A DNA stretch of 55,902 nucleotides from Chitinophagaceae bacterium (GTDB lineage: Bacteria > Bacteroidota > Bacteroidia > Chitinophagales > Chitinophagaceae). Position numbers and translations under genes: made by a program. Location of the stretch: the NCBI GenBank assembly GCA_025924755.1, contig JAICHT010000001.1, forward strand, positions 1 to 55,902. The letters are read 5' to 3'. A model generated the notes under the pieces. That model was not told the DNA's origin. It ran no database searches and saw only the letters and a program-made list of their open reading frames with translations. Below are positions 44,575-54,700 of this stretch, piece after piece (within the stretch, counting starts at the first letter, position 1; each line of letters begins with the position of its first letter).

Positions 44575-45930
44575 TTACTTAAATAGCCGCCACACATCAA
44601 GTCCAAAGGCATATAACATCAAACCCAGTAACAGCACCATACCGGTCATTTGCGCATATTCCATAAACTTATCGCCAGGCTTGCGGCCGGTTACCATCTC
44701 GTATACAGTAAACAAGGCATGTCCACCGTCTAAGCCCGGTATAGGCAATATGTTCATAAACGCCAGTATGATGGAGAATAAAGCTGTCATTGTCCAAAAG
44801 TGCTGCCAGTCCCAACTGCCGCCGAAAGCCTTACCAATACTAATAACACTCCCTAAATTATCGGATACTTTATGTTCTTTGGATGTAAACAACAAACGGA
44901 TGCCTGTAATATAATCGCCCAGGCGGTTTACACCGTATGTGATACCCGCCGGTATAGCCTTCGCTAAGGAATAATTTATTTTTTCTGTGGTAAATAGCTT
45001 ATCCGGAGGCCGTGCTGCGAAGCCAATACTTCCATCGGCATTTACCTTCACCGGCACCTGTACCGTATCGGCGCCATTGCGCAATACTTTAAGGGTAATG
45101 ATTTGATTTTTGAGCTGTTGTTTTTGTTTTTCAAATTCATTGAAATAAACGGTAGACTGGTTGTTGATTGCTACTATCTGATCGCCTTTTTGCAACCGTT
45201 CCTTTTGCACATATTGCACCTTATCGGTTACGCTGTCTACAAACACCGGCATGCGCACCGATACAAATCCATGCAATTGGTTTTTTGTAAGCCTGCCTAC
45301 AAAACCTTCGGGCATAGTAATGGTGCTGTCTTTTCCATTTCTGCGTACGGTTACATTCACCCTGTCTGCAAAGGTTAAATCCTTGGGTAAATTATCCATA
45401 TATACCAGGGGTTTGCCGTTTACCGCTGTGATAATGTCGCCATCTTTTATGCCTACCGATGTAGCTAACGAATCAGCAGCCAATCCGTATTTTAAACTGC
45501 TGACTGGCAACCGCTCTTCGCCCCAAACAAACAATATCATTGCAAACAGAAACAAGGCAAGTAGGAAATTTAATATAACACCTGACAGCATAATAATCAA
45601 TCGTTGCCAGGCAGGTTTGCTCCTAAACTCCCACGGCTGCGCCGGCTGGCTTAGCTGCTCTTTGTCCATGCTCTCGTCTATCATGCCCGATATTTTTACG
45701 TACCCGCCCATAGGTACCCAGCCCAGGCCATATTCTGTTTCACCTACTTTCTTTTTCCATAAGGAGAACCAGGGATTAAAAAAAAGGTAGAACTTTTCTA
45801 CCCGGCAGCCAAACCATTTGGCGGTAACAAAATGGCCCATTTCGTGCAACGTAACCAATATGGTAATAGCAAGAACAAACTGACCAATATTGGCAAACAA
45901 AGCAGACCAATCTACAGCTAATAAAACCAT
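44575..45930 (-). CDS. rseP: RIP metalloprotease RseP
   Basis: HEMGH, PMGGYVKI, two PDZ-like segments, NILPIPGLDGGH. Confidence 0.95.
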   Translation of the reverse strand: MVLLAVDWSALFANIGQFVLAITILVTLHEMGHFVTAKWFGCRVEKFYLFFNPWFSLWKKKVGETEYGLGWVPMGGYVKISGMIDESMDKEQLSQPAQPWEFRSKPAWQRLIIMLSGVILNFLLALFLFAMILFVWGEERLPVSSLKYGLAADSLATSVGIKDGDIITAVNGKPLVYMDNLPKDLTFADRVNVTVRRNGKDSTITMPEGFVGRLTKNQLHGFVSVRMPVFVDSVTDKVQYVQKERLQKGDQIVAINNQSTVYFNEFEKQKQQLKNQIITLKVLRNGADTVQVPVKVNADGSIGFAARPPDKLFTTEKINYSLAKAIPAGITYGVNRLGDYITGIRLLFTSKEHKVSDNLGSVISIGKAFGGSWDWQHFWTMTALFSIILAFMNILPIPGLDGGHALFTVYEMVTGRKPGDKFMEYAQMTGMVLLLGLMLYAFGLDVWRLFK

Positions 45931-46102
45931 ATATAAAAACCCTCATCTCCTTAAAGAGACAGTTTAAAAAGAAAGTATATTATTAAATAATTGTAAAAAC
46001 AAGCGGATGCAAATATCTATCAAATTCGTTTCCGGTTAAAGGCCGTTTATCAAATACCTGCCTGATATATGAATTATTAACTAGCTTTTAGGTGTTGACC
46101 TG

Positions 46103-47272
46103 TTAAAGCTGAATCATATCGGCGGCATAGCTGCGGGCTTCACCATCGCTTTCAAAATATTGCTCCAGTGTGGGCTGCTGCAGAAACGATACTTTTTCCA
46201 TCGTCTTTTCTATCACGTCGGTTATTTCTAAAAACCCGATACGGTTGCGCAAAAAAGCATATACCGCTATTTCATTGGCTGCATTTAATACACAAGGCAA
46301 GTTGCCACCTTTATGCAAAGCTTCGGTAGCCAGGCCAAGATTGCGAAACGTACGAACATCGGGGTCTTCAAAAGTTAAGGTCTGTAACCTGCGAAAGTCG
46401 CAGCGGGGAAAATCGCTCGGTATGCGTTTGGGAAATGCCAGTGCATATTGAATAGGAAGCCGCATATCCGGCAACCCCATTTGCGCCTTGATGCTCCCAT
46501 CCTGAAACTGTACCATCGAATGAATAATGCTTTGCGGATGAATAAGCACTTGTATCTGATCGAGCCGCAAATTAAAAAGCCATTTGGCCTCAATCATTTC
46601 CAGTCCTTTGTTCATTAAGGTGGCAGAATCCACGCTGATTTTTGCACCCATATTCCAATTAGGATGTTGCAGCGCATGCTCCCGTTTTACATTCACCAAA
46701 AAGTTGGTTTTCTTTCCTAAAAAAGGACCTCCGGAAGCTGTTAATATAACTTTTTCAATAGGGTTGCGCATCTCTCCTACCAGGCACTGAAAAATGGCCG
46801 AATGCTCCGAATCTACCGGTATCACCGGCACGCGGTTTTCAACTGCCGTACGCATCACTATATCGCCAGCCACTACCAGGGTTTCCTTATTAGCCAGCGC
46901 CACCGGCTTTCCTGCTTTAATGGCATTTAAAGTGGGTTTTAAACCGGCATATCCTACAATGGCCGCCAGCATTAAATCGTAGCAATCTATGGCCGCTACT
47001 TCTTCCAGTGCCTGCTCACCGGCAAAAACTTTTACATCGGTACCAGCCAGCGCCTCTTTAACGGCAGTGTATTTATTTTCATCGCCAATTACTACCATAT
47101 TGGGGTTGAACTTTAAAGCCTGCTGTATTAAAAGTTCATCGTTAGAATTGGCAGTAAGAATTTCTACTGAAAACTTTGTGGGGTTGGCCAATATCACTTC
47201 AAGGGCCTGCTGGCCTATGGAACCGGTGGACCCGAATATGGCAATACGTTTGATAGGTGAAGTTGGATTCAT
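46103..47272 (-). CDS. dxr: 1-deoxy-D-xylulose-5-phosphate reductoisomerase
   Basis: GSTGSIG, LANKETLV, PVDSEHSA, HPNWNMGAKISVDSATLMNKGLE. Confidence 0.97.
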   Translation of the reverse strand: MNPTSPIKRIAIFGSTGSIGQQALEVILANPTKFSVEILTANSNDELLIQQALKFNPNMVVIGDENKYTAVKEALAGTDVKVFAGEQALEEVAAIDCYDLMLAAIVGYAGLKPTLNAIKAGKPVALANKETLVVAGDIVMRTAVENRVPVIPVDSEHSAIFQCLVGEMRNPIEKVILTASGGPFLGKKTNFLVNVKREHALQHPNWNMGAKISVDSATLMNKGLEMIEAKWLFNLRLDQIQVLIHPQSIIHSMVQFQDGSIKAQMGLPDMRLPIQYALAFPKRIPSDFPRCDFRRLQTLTFEDPDVRTFRNLGLATEALHKGGNLPCVLNAANEIAVYAFLRNRIGFLEITDVIEKTMEKVSFLQQPTLEQYFESDGEARSYAADMIQL

Positions 47273-47328
47273 GATTAGATTAAATGATCAAAAAATCATA
47301 AGATAAAGTTGGCGCACTATTACCATCA

Positions 47329-48825
47329 TCAGTTTACAGACCAATGAATTAATTCGTCAGCAATTTTACGATCGTTACTTAAACGCGGCACTTTATTTTG
47401 TCCGCCTAATTTACCTATAGATTTCATATAATCAATAAAGCCGTTCTTTTTTATAGGTGTAATTTTTAACGGCTGTAAAATATTACCTCTTATTAAATCA
47501 TCATAATAGATATTAGTATTTCTAAGGTTGTGATCTATTTTTTCGGCAAAAGCATTGATATTTTCCGGCGCCTGCTCAAATTCTACAAACCACTCGTGAT
47601 AACTTTTTCCTTCGCCCTGCTGTATCATCGGCGCTACTGTAAACTCGGTGATGCGTATATTTTGTTCCTGTGCCGCTTTTAGCAAACTTTGTTCCACTTC
47701 TTCTCCTATCACGTGCTCGCCAAAAGCGGAAATATAATGTTTGATGCGACCTGAAACCACCAGCCGGTAAGGGTTTACAGAAACAAACTTTACCGTATCG
47801 CCCATATTATATGCCCACAAGCCTGCGTTGCTGCTAATAACCATTGCATAATTTTCACCCACTTTTACTTCTTCTAAAGAAAGGCGTTTAGGATGAGGAT
47901 TAAAAACTTCTGAGGCCGGTATGAATTCATAAAAGATCCCGCTGTCCGTATTCAATAATAGTCCTTCTTCATGTTGAGAATCCTGAAAAGCAAAAAAACC
48001 TTCCGATGCCGGGAACGTTTCAATAGCATCCATTTTTTTTCCGATACTATCAAACAGCTTTGCTTTATACGGCTGAAAGTTGACACCGCCATGCACCATT
48101 AGAGAAAAGTCGGGAAACAAGTCTTTGATATGTTTTCCGCTTTTTTCCATCAGCCGGTCAAAATACATTTGTACCCATGGCGGAATGCCACTTATAAGTG
48201 TCATTTTTTGGTTAATGGTTTCGTGTACTATTTTATCCAGCTTGGTTTCCCAGTCTTCAATGCAATTGGTTTCATAACTTGGCAACTGGTTGGTACGCAA
48301 ATATTTGGGTACATGGTGGTTTACAATACCACTAAGCCGTCCGGTAGGTATATCGCCTACCCGTTCCAGTTCCGGGGAGCCGGATAAAAAAATCATTTTA
48401 CCATCGGCAAAAGTAGTATTGCCGGTTTCTGCCATATAGCAAAGCAATGCATTTCGTGCTGTGTCAATATGGTTGGATATGGAATCTTTAGTGATCGGTA
48501 TATATTTTACGCCACTGGTGGTACCTGATGTTTTGGCAAAGTAGATGGGTTTTCCCTTCCACAACACATTGTGCTTGCCTTCTTTGATTTTGGTGATATA
48601 AGGTAAAAACTGCTCATAGTCTCTTACGGGTATGGCCTGTTGAAACTGCGCATAGTTGGTTACCTCTTTCATGTAGTGCTCTTTACCAAAATCGGTATGA
48701 ACAGCAGCCTGCAATAGCTGTTTTAAAATAGCTTGCTGATCGGTAACGGCTGTAAGCATCCCCTTCTTAACTCTATTGGAAATATAAGAAGCAAACGGCT
48801 TGGCTAAAAAAGACTTTATTCTCAT
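47329..48825 (-). CDS. GH3 'auxin-responsive' acyl-adenylate ligase family protein
   Basis: FAKTSGTTSGVKYIP, ASEGF, AGLWAY..GD, GGQNKVPRL. Confidence 0.9.
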   Translation of the reverse strand: MRIKSFLAKPFASYISNRVKKGMLTAVTDQQAILKQLLQAAVHTDFGKEHYMKEVTNYAQFQQAIPVRDYEQFLPYITKIKEGKHNVLWKGKPIYFAKTSGTTSGVKYIPITKDSISNHIDTARNALLCYMAETGNTTFADGKMIFLSGSPELERVGDIPTGRLSGIVNHHVPKYLRTNQLPSYETNCIEDWETKLDKIVHETINQKMTLISGIPPWVQMYFDRLMEKSGKHIKDLFPDFSLMVHGGVNFQPYKAKLFDSIGKKMDAIETFPASEGFFAFQDSQHEEGLLLNTDSGIFYEFIPASEVFNPHPKRLSLEEVKVGENYAMVISSNAGLWAYNMGDTVKFVSVNPYRLVVSGRIKHYISAFGEHVIGEEVEQSLLKAAQEQNIRITEFTVAPMIQQGEGKSYHEWFVEFEQAPENINAFAEKIDHNLRNTNIYYDDLIRGNILQPLKITPIKKNGFIDYMKSIGKLGGQNKVPRLSNDRKIADELIHWSVN

Positions 48826-48993
48826 AGCTGGCAATACTTTATCGGCTTACAAATATGAAGCTATCCGGCAAGCTGAAACGGCACAAACCTACATTAATTG
48901 ATTGATACCACCGGGTATTTAGTTGTGCTGTGTCGCTGCCGAATTGCACAATATGCGGCACGTAAAAGTTAAAACTCTTCGGTTGTATAGCTA

Positions 48994-49021
48994 TTTTTAC
49001 TTTTTAGTTTTTAGTTTTTAG
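48994..49021 (+). repeat. Heptamer tandem repeat TTTTTAC(TTTTTAG)3 in the rplU promoter
   Basis: Three perfect copies at 49001-49021 plus one variant; -7 box TACTTTTG at 49031-49038. Confidence 0.85.
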
Positions 49022-49060
49022 TTTTTTTCATACTTTTGCCGTCCTAATTTTCAAACCGTT

Positions 49061-49360
49061 ATGTTCGCAATTGTAAAAATAGCCGGTCAGCAGTTTAGAG
49101 TTGAAAAAGACCAGACCTTGTATGTACCACATGTAAGTGGTAATGCCGGCGATAAAATTGAATTTTCCGATGTGCTTTTGGCAGATAACGGAAGCTTGTC
49201 TATTGGCAGCGCCGTAAGTTTAAAAGTACAGGCAGAAATCCTGGATCATGTAAAAGGCGATAAAGTAATTGCATATAAGCAAAAACGCAGAAAAGGCTTT
49301 CGCAAAAAGCTTGGACATCGCACTCATTACACCAGAATTAAAGTAAACGATATCGTTTAA
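49061..49360 (+). CDS. rplU: 50S ribosomal protein bL21
   Basis: MFAIVKIAGQQFRV...KRRKGFRKKLGHR. Confidence 0.97.
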   Translation: MFAIVKIAGQQFRVEKDQTLYVPHVSGNAGDKIEFSDVLLADNGSLSIGSAVSLKVQAEILDHVKGDKVIAYKQKRRKGFRKKLGHRTHYTRIKVNDIV

Positions 49361-49387
49361 TAAATTATCTATTTAAAATAATTAACA

Positions 49388-49654
49388 ATGGCTCACAAAA
49401 AAGGGGAAGGCAGTGTTAAGAATGGCCGTGACTCGCAAAGCAAACGCTTGGGCGTAAAAATATTTGGCGGCCAGCCTGCTATTTCCGGAAACATTATCAT
49501 ACGCCAGCGCGGAACGGTTTATCATCCGGGCAAAAATGTAGGTGTTGGTAAAGACTTTACTTTATTTGCACTTACCGATGGCGTGGTAGAATTTAGCAAA
49601 GGCCGTCAAAACAGAACATTTGTTTCTGTGAATGCAGTAGAGGCCACTGCCTAA
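49388..49654 (+). CDS. rpmA: 50S ribosomal protein bL27
   Basis: [24 protein letters not shown]...RQRGT. Confidence 0.98.
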   Translation: MAHKKGEGSVKNGRDSQSKRLGVKIFGGQPAISGNIIIRQRGTVYHPGKNVGVGKDFTLFALTDGVVEFSKGRQNRTFVSVNAVEATA

Positions 49655-49681
49655 ATTGTGATTTATTGGTGGGTAAAAACT

Positions 49682-49712
49682 TTTGACAGTTAAAATTTAG
49701 TTTATAATTTTA
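49682..49712 (+). promoter_or_regulatory. Candidate promoter for the small basic protein
   Basis: TTTG (49682-85), 19-nt spacer, TAATTTTA (49705-12; one mismatch to TAnnTTTG). Confidence 0.55.
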
Positions 49713-49754
49713 CTGAAGAATATTTTTTTATACTAACCATTAAATTCAATTAAC

Positions 49755-49943
49755 ATGGCAACAGCAAAAAAAGCCGCTTCAAAAAGTACCAGTAAGAGTG
49801 CTTCTAAAGCCGCTCCAAAAAGTGCATCAAAGACAGCTTCTAAAAGCAGTAGTAAAGGCGCATCAAAGAGTGCTTCTAAAGCCGCTCCAAAAAGTGCATC
49901 AAAGACAGCTTCTAAAAGCACTGCAAAGAAATCAACTAAGTAA
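49755..49943 (+). CDS. Small Lys/Ser/Ala-rich histone-H1-like protein
   Basis: 62 aa, no acidic or aromatic residues, Lys at almost every 4th position; A-rich 5' region, flanking promoter and terminator. Confidence 0.75.
   Translation: MATAKKAASKSTSKSASKAAPKSASKTASKSSSKGASKSASKAAPKSASKTASKSTAKKSTK
49794..49920 (+). repeat. Perfect 55-bp direct repeat (49794-49848 and 49866-49920, 72-bp period)
   Basis: AAGAGTGCTTCTAAAGCCGCTCCAAAAAGTGCATCAAAGACAGCTTCTAAAAGCA occurs twice. Confidence 0.95.
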
Positions 49944-49966
49944 AAATTTCTTGTAAAAAGCAATAC

Positions 49967-49993
49967 AAGTCCCGATCCAATCGGGACTTTTTT
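49967..49993 (+). terminator. Intrinsic terminator
   Basis: AAGTCCCGAT-CCA-ATCGGGACTT followed by T run. Confidence 0.88.
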
Positions 49994-50025
49994 ATTTTGT
50001 TAACCCAAGGCTTTAATTTGCAGCT

Positions 50026-51705
50026 ATGGATAATTATGAAATTGCCGACCAACTTCAATTGCTCTCTAAATTGATGGACATACATGGTGAAAATGCTTTT
50101 AAAGCAAAGAGCTATGCTTCGGCTGCTTTTACTATTGAAAAATTTCCGCAATCGCTAACCGATTTACCAGAAGAAAAAATTTTTAATATCAGAGGGATCG
50201 GCGAAGGCGTGGGCGCCAAGGTGATGGAAATTATACAACACGGCCATTTTGCATTGCTGCAGGAATATATAAAAAAAACGCCTGAAGGGGTTTTGGAAAT
50301 GATGAATATAAAAGGCTTGGGGCCAAAAAAAATTCATACCCTTTGGAAAGAACACGATATTAACAGCATACCAAAACTTAAGGAAGCCTGCGAAAAAAAT
50401 ACATTAGCAGAGACAAAAGGCTTTGGAGAAAAGACACAGCAGACCATATTAAAGGCAATAGAATTTCAGCAGGAAAACACGGGTAAGTACTTGTATGCCC
50501 AAGCAGAAACTTTTGCCAATGCGTTTACTGAAAAAATGAAAGAAGCATTTCCGCATGAGGAGACCCAAATAACCGGCGGCTTTCGGAGGCAATTGGAAAT
50601 TATTGATATGCTGGAATGGATTACAACCATACCAAAAGCAAAGCTGGAAAAATTTTTACTTCATCAAAACTGCACAATAGTATCAGAAACGGATAAGGTA
50701 TTGGTAGGTACGATGCAGGAGGTTTTAAAACTGCAGTTTCATCTTTCAAACAAAGCTGATTTTTATACAGATTTATTTAATACTAGTGGCAGCGAAGAAT
50801 TTTTGAGTGCATGGGATAAGGTGGTTGATAAAAATGAAAAGAAGTTTGAAAGTGAAAATGCCATTTTTGCCATGGCAGCAGCGCAATATATTCCTCCGTT
50901 TTTAAGAGAAAAAAAAGACATCATATCTAAGGCACAACAAAATAAAGTACCCGATGTGCTACAGGTTTCGGACATCAAAGGTATTATACATTCACACAGC
51001 AACTGGAGCGATGGCGCTTATACCCTGGATGAAATGGCTGCGGCCTGTAAAGATGCTGGCTTTGAATACCTGGTAATTTCCGACCACTCAAAAGCGGCTT
51101 TTTATGCCAATGGCCTGTCGGAACAGCGCATCAAAGAACAACACCAGTATATAGATATGCTGAATAAGAAATTGAATCCATTTAAAATTTTTAAAAGTAT
51201 TGAGTGTGATATTTTAAATGATGGGGCCATGGATTACAGCAATACGGTGTTAGCCAGCTTCGACCTGGTGATTGCTTCCGTACATAGCAATTTGGATATG
51301 ACAGAAGACAAAGCCATGCAGCGGTTGATGGGAGCTATTACAAATCCATATACTACTATATTGGGCCATATGACTGGCAGAAGGCTATTAAAAAGAAAAA
51401 GCTTTCCGGTAAATTATGAAGCAGTGATTGATGCCTGCGCCAGTAATAATGTAGTGATAGAAATTAATGCAAGTCCGCAACGACTGGATATGGATTGGCG
51501 ATGGGTTGATTATGCCTTAGATAAAGGAGTGCTGTTATCTATAAATCCGGATGCACATGCTACTGAAGAATTTCAAAATATAAAATACGGCGTGCTGGTA
51601 GCACAAAAAGGAGGCTTAACAAAAACACATAACCTCAGTAGTTTCAGCCTTTTGGAATTAGAAGATTTTTTAGCCAATAGGAAGAGAATAAAAGGCATCA
51701 GCTAA
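50026..51705 (+). CDS. polX: PolX/PHP-domain protein (non-canonical polymerase site)
   Basis: N-terminal GENAFKAKSY, HhH GIGEG and GLGPKK, PHP motifs HSHS..SDG, SDH, GH, NPDAH. Confidence 0.9.
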   Translation: MDNYEIADQLQLLSKLMDIHGENAFKAKSYASAAFTIEKFPQSLTDLPEEKIFNIRGIGEGVGAKVMEIIQHGHFALLQEYIKKTPEGVLEMMNIKGLGPKKIHTLWKEHDINSIPKLKEACEKNTLAETKGFGEKTQQTILKAIEFQQENTGKYLYAQAETFANAFTEKMKEAFPHEETQITGGFRRQLEIIDMLEWITTIPKAKLEKFLLHQNCTIVSETDKVLVGTMQEVLKLQFHLSNKADFYTDLFNTSGSEEFLSAWDKVVDKNEKKFESENAIFAMAAAQYIPPFLREKKDIISKAQQNKVPDVLQVSDIKGIIHSHSNWSDGAYTLDEMAAACKDAGFEYLVISDHSKAAFYANGLSEQRIKEQHQYIDMLNKKLNPFKIFKSIECDILNDGAMDYSNTVLASFDLVIASVHSNLDMTEDKAMQRLMGAITNPYTTILGHMTGRRLLKRKSFPVNYEAVIDACASNNVVIEINASPQRLDMDWRWVDYALDKGVLLSINPDAHATEEFQNIKYGVLVAQKGGLTKTHNLSSFSLLELEDFLANRKRIKGIS

Positions 51706-54700
51706 TAAGCGGCAGCGTTACAAAAAAAGTAGTACCTACGCCTCTTTCTGTTTCAAACCGGATAGTACCCCCCGCCTGCTCTACAATGCTTTTACACATA
51801 GCAAGACCCAAGCCAGTACCGGAAGTTTTAGTAGTGAAATTAGGCGTAAATATTTTAGATTTCACTTCGTCCGGAATGCCTTCGCCATTGTCTTTAATTT
51901 TAAATAAAATAACACCATCACCTTTCTGTTCGTCTATATTAATTACACACCGTTCTTTGTTAGAGCAGGCATCAATAGCGTTGGTAAGTAAGTTGGTAAA
52001 CAACCGGTTCATATGGGTTTTATCCGCTTCCATCATTACCTGTCCCCGTACTTTTCGCCATATAATTTCTACTTTAGGATTGGCCCTGTATAAGCTAAGC
52101 AAACCCGCCAGTACGGTTTGCGCATCAAACACCTCAATGTTTTTATTACCGATATTGGCAAACTGAGAAAAGTCGGCAGCAATTTTTGACAAATGATCTA
52201 TTTGCTCTACCAGCGTATTAGCCACTGTGCCGGTTAATTCTTTTACATTGGGCTGATTGTTATTTACTGCCCGCTGAAGGTATTGTATACTAAGCTTCAT
52301 GGGCGTGAGTGGGTTTTTAATTTCATGGGCCACCTGTCTTGCCATCTCCCGCCAGGCTCCTTCCCTTTCGCTCCTGGCCAGTGCCTCAGCACTTTGCTCT
52401 AGCTGGTGCACCATTTTATTATATTGCTCTACTAACTGTCCTATTTCATCGTTCCGGGCCCATACAATTTCTTCATTTGTTTTACCAAGCGTTATTGCTT
52501 TCATCTTATCGCCAATTACCGAAAAAGAACGGGTAATAGTATTGGTGATAAACAATGCCACTACACCCGCTATCAAAAAGATAAACGCATTTAAATCAAT
52601 AACTGTTACCAGAAAGTTGTTGATCTCCTGGTTTAAATCAATTTGAGAAGTGAAATAGGGAATATTTAAATAAGCTCTTACGTTCCAGTTTTTATCGCGT
52701 ACTACTGCATAAATACTCAGGTACTCCAGCGAGCTCATTGCTTCCAGGTGCACGTATTGTACTTCCTTCAACCTGCTTAAATGAAAGTAAGCTTCGGGGT
52801 GCATTTTATTGCTTAACACTCCTTTGTTGTATACGTTTTTATCCGACGATATTTTTAAATCGCCCAGTGTATCATACACATTAATATCCACACCATGTAT
52901 ATCAGCTACTTCATCAATAAGCTTTTGAAGATTATAGTTAGCAGCCGAGTCGTTGCCAGTAAATAAGTTATAGAAGGTACTATCGTCATTGGATAAGCGC
53001 TTTTGCATTTCACTTACCATAATGTTTGCCGTTTTGCTCAGCCGGTCAATATTATTACGGGTATAACGGCCTATAAAAAAAGAGATGGTAGAGATACCGA
53101 TAATCACAAAGGATATGAGGCTGATAAAAATAACAATACTGTGTACCTGAGACCGGATGTTTAGCTGCCATAGTGCATTGATAGCCCGCCAGTCGTTGCC
53201 GGTTTGCAATATCACCGCCATCAGTTGCAAAACGGCTATCATAAATAAAAAGGCGCAAAAAAGCCACGAAAAAAGTGTGATACTTTCAATAATAGAATTT
53301 TGCTTTTTTGCGATCACCACCACTCTTTTATTATTGGCCCGGTACCACAGTTCATCGTTGCCATCATTAATTCTTCTTTCAAATTCGGCCTTTGGCATTT
53401 GCTGCGCAGTAAGGCTTCTTACAAACGGATAAATGTTAGAAGATGCCCGAAGGGTATCATTGTCATACACGGCGTACGAATAGATCTGGGAGTTTTCCAC
53501 ACTGGTTTGCTTTGAACTTCGCAGCAGTTCAGGATACAATGCATCAGAAGAAAACTGCTTGGGAGTAGAAAGAACAAAAAAAGTTCCTACGCGGTGGGTA
53601 CTGTCTTTTATCTCCCGTTTTGTAATATAGGTTACGCTGCCATACGATATTTCGTGGTAATATAAATCCGGGATATTGGTAGGTTTGCTTTGTACCGATA
53701 TGATGGTATTCATTTCGTCATACGATTCCGGATCGTCGTTATGAACGCCCCTGCCCAGCGAGTCAAACAAATAAAGTTTGGTATTGTAGCCACTGATATA
53801 GCCTGCAAAGTTTTCGTTCAAAATACTATCACGTAAATAACGGCTTTCCTGTTTATTTTGAAACCGCGAAAAATTATTTAACAGAAACCGGTTGTTTAAA
53901 TACGTTAACGCAATGCTTAGCGTGTTTTGATTAGAAGGATCGGTTCGTTGGTCCAACGACTTTGCCAGCTCCATCCTCCTTACCCATTCTACCTTTCTGT
54001 TTTCATTAAGAATAAGAACTGCCAGCGAAACAGAAAAAATAAATATCCAAAATAAAATACCCGCTACAGTAATTTTAAAACGGTTAATAATAAATTGTTC
54101 GCGACTAAAAAGCAAGGTGTAAATAATGATCCATGCCAGCACGGGCAGGTGAAATAAAATAAGATCATTGTTGTGGGTAAACGACAGAAAACCCAGTCCC
54201 AGTAAAGGAATTATGAAATAGATAGAATACGTGCGCCTGCCAAAAGCTGCAAAAATAAATTTGAACAACAACCGGGTAAAGTAATAATAACCTAATGATA
54301 TAAGGGCCAGTACTACAAAGCCAATAACTGAATAAATATTGAGGCTGAAAAAGTTTGATACATCAAAAGAAATTTTAGAATGAGTTACCAGGCTGCGTAC
54401 AATATCGGCTAACTTAAAAGTAGCTACCACAAAGAAAAATAAATCTAAAATGCCTGCTATCCATATGCGCCTGCCTTTTAAAAAAGCAGGAAGATGTCCT
54501 ATGGGACCAATGTTATACCATGCAAAAACTACCAGCCAGCAAAAAAGTATCGCGTTCAACAATAAATCTCCCAGCGAACGGTTTAGCAATTTGTCGCTAA
54601 AAATGTATTCGCTAAAAAGTTCAAAGTGCTTAAATTGAAAAACATCCGGCAGGATATACAGCATTAAGCGTACGCTGATAAGAATGGTTGCTAAAAATAA

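Noticed and set aside
49794-49920. Direct repeats as a mini-CRISPR
   Set aside because: Only two 55-bp copies with a 17-bp gap, in frame within an ORF, and no cas genes.
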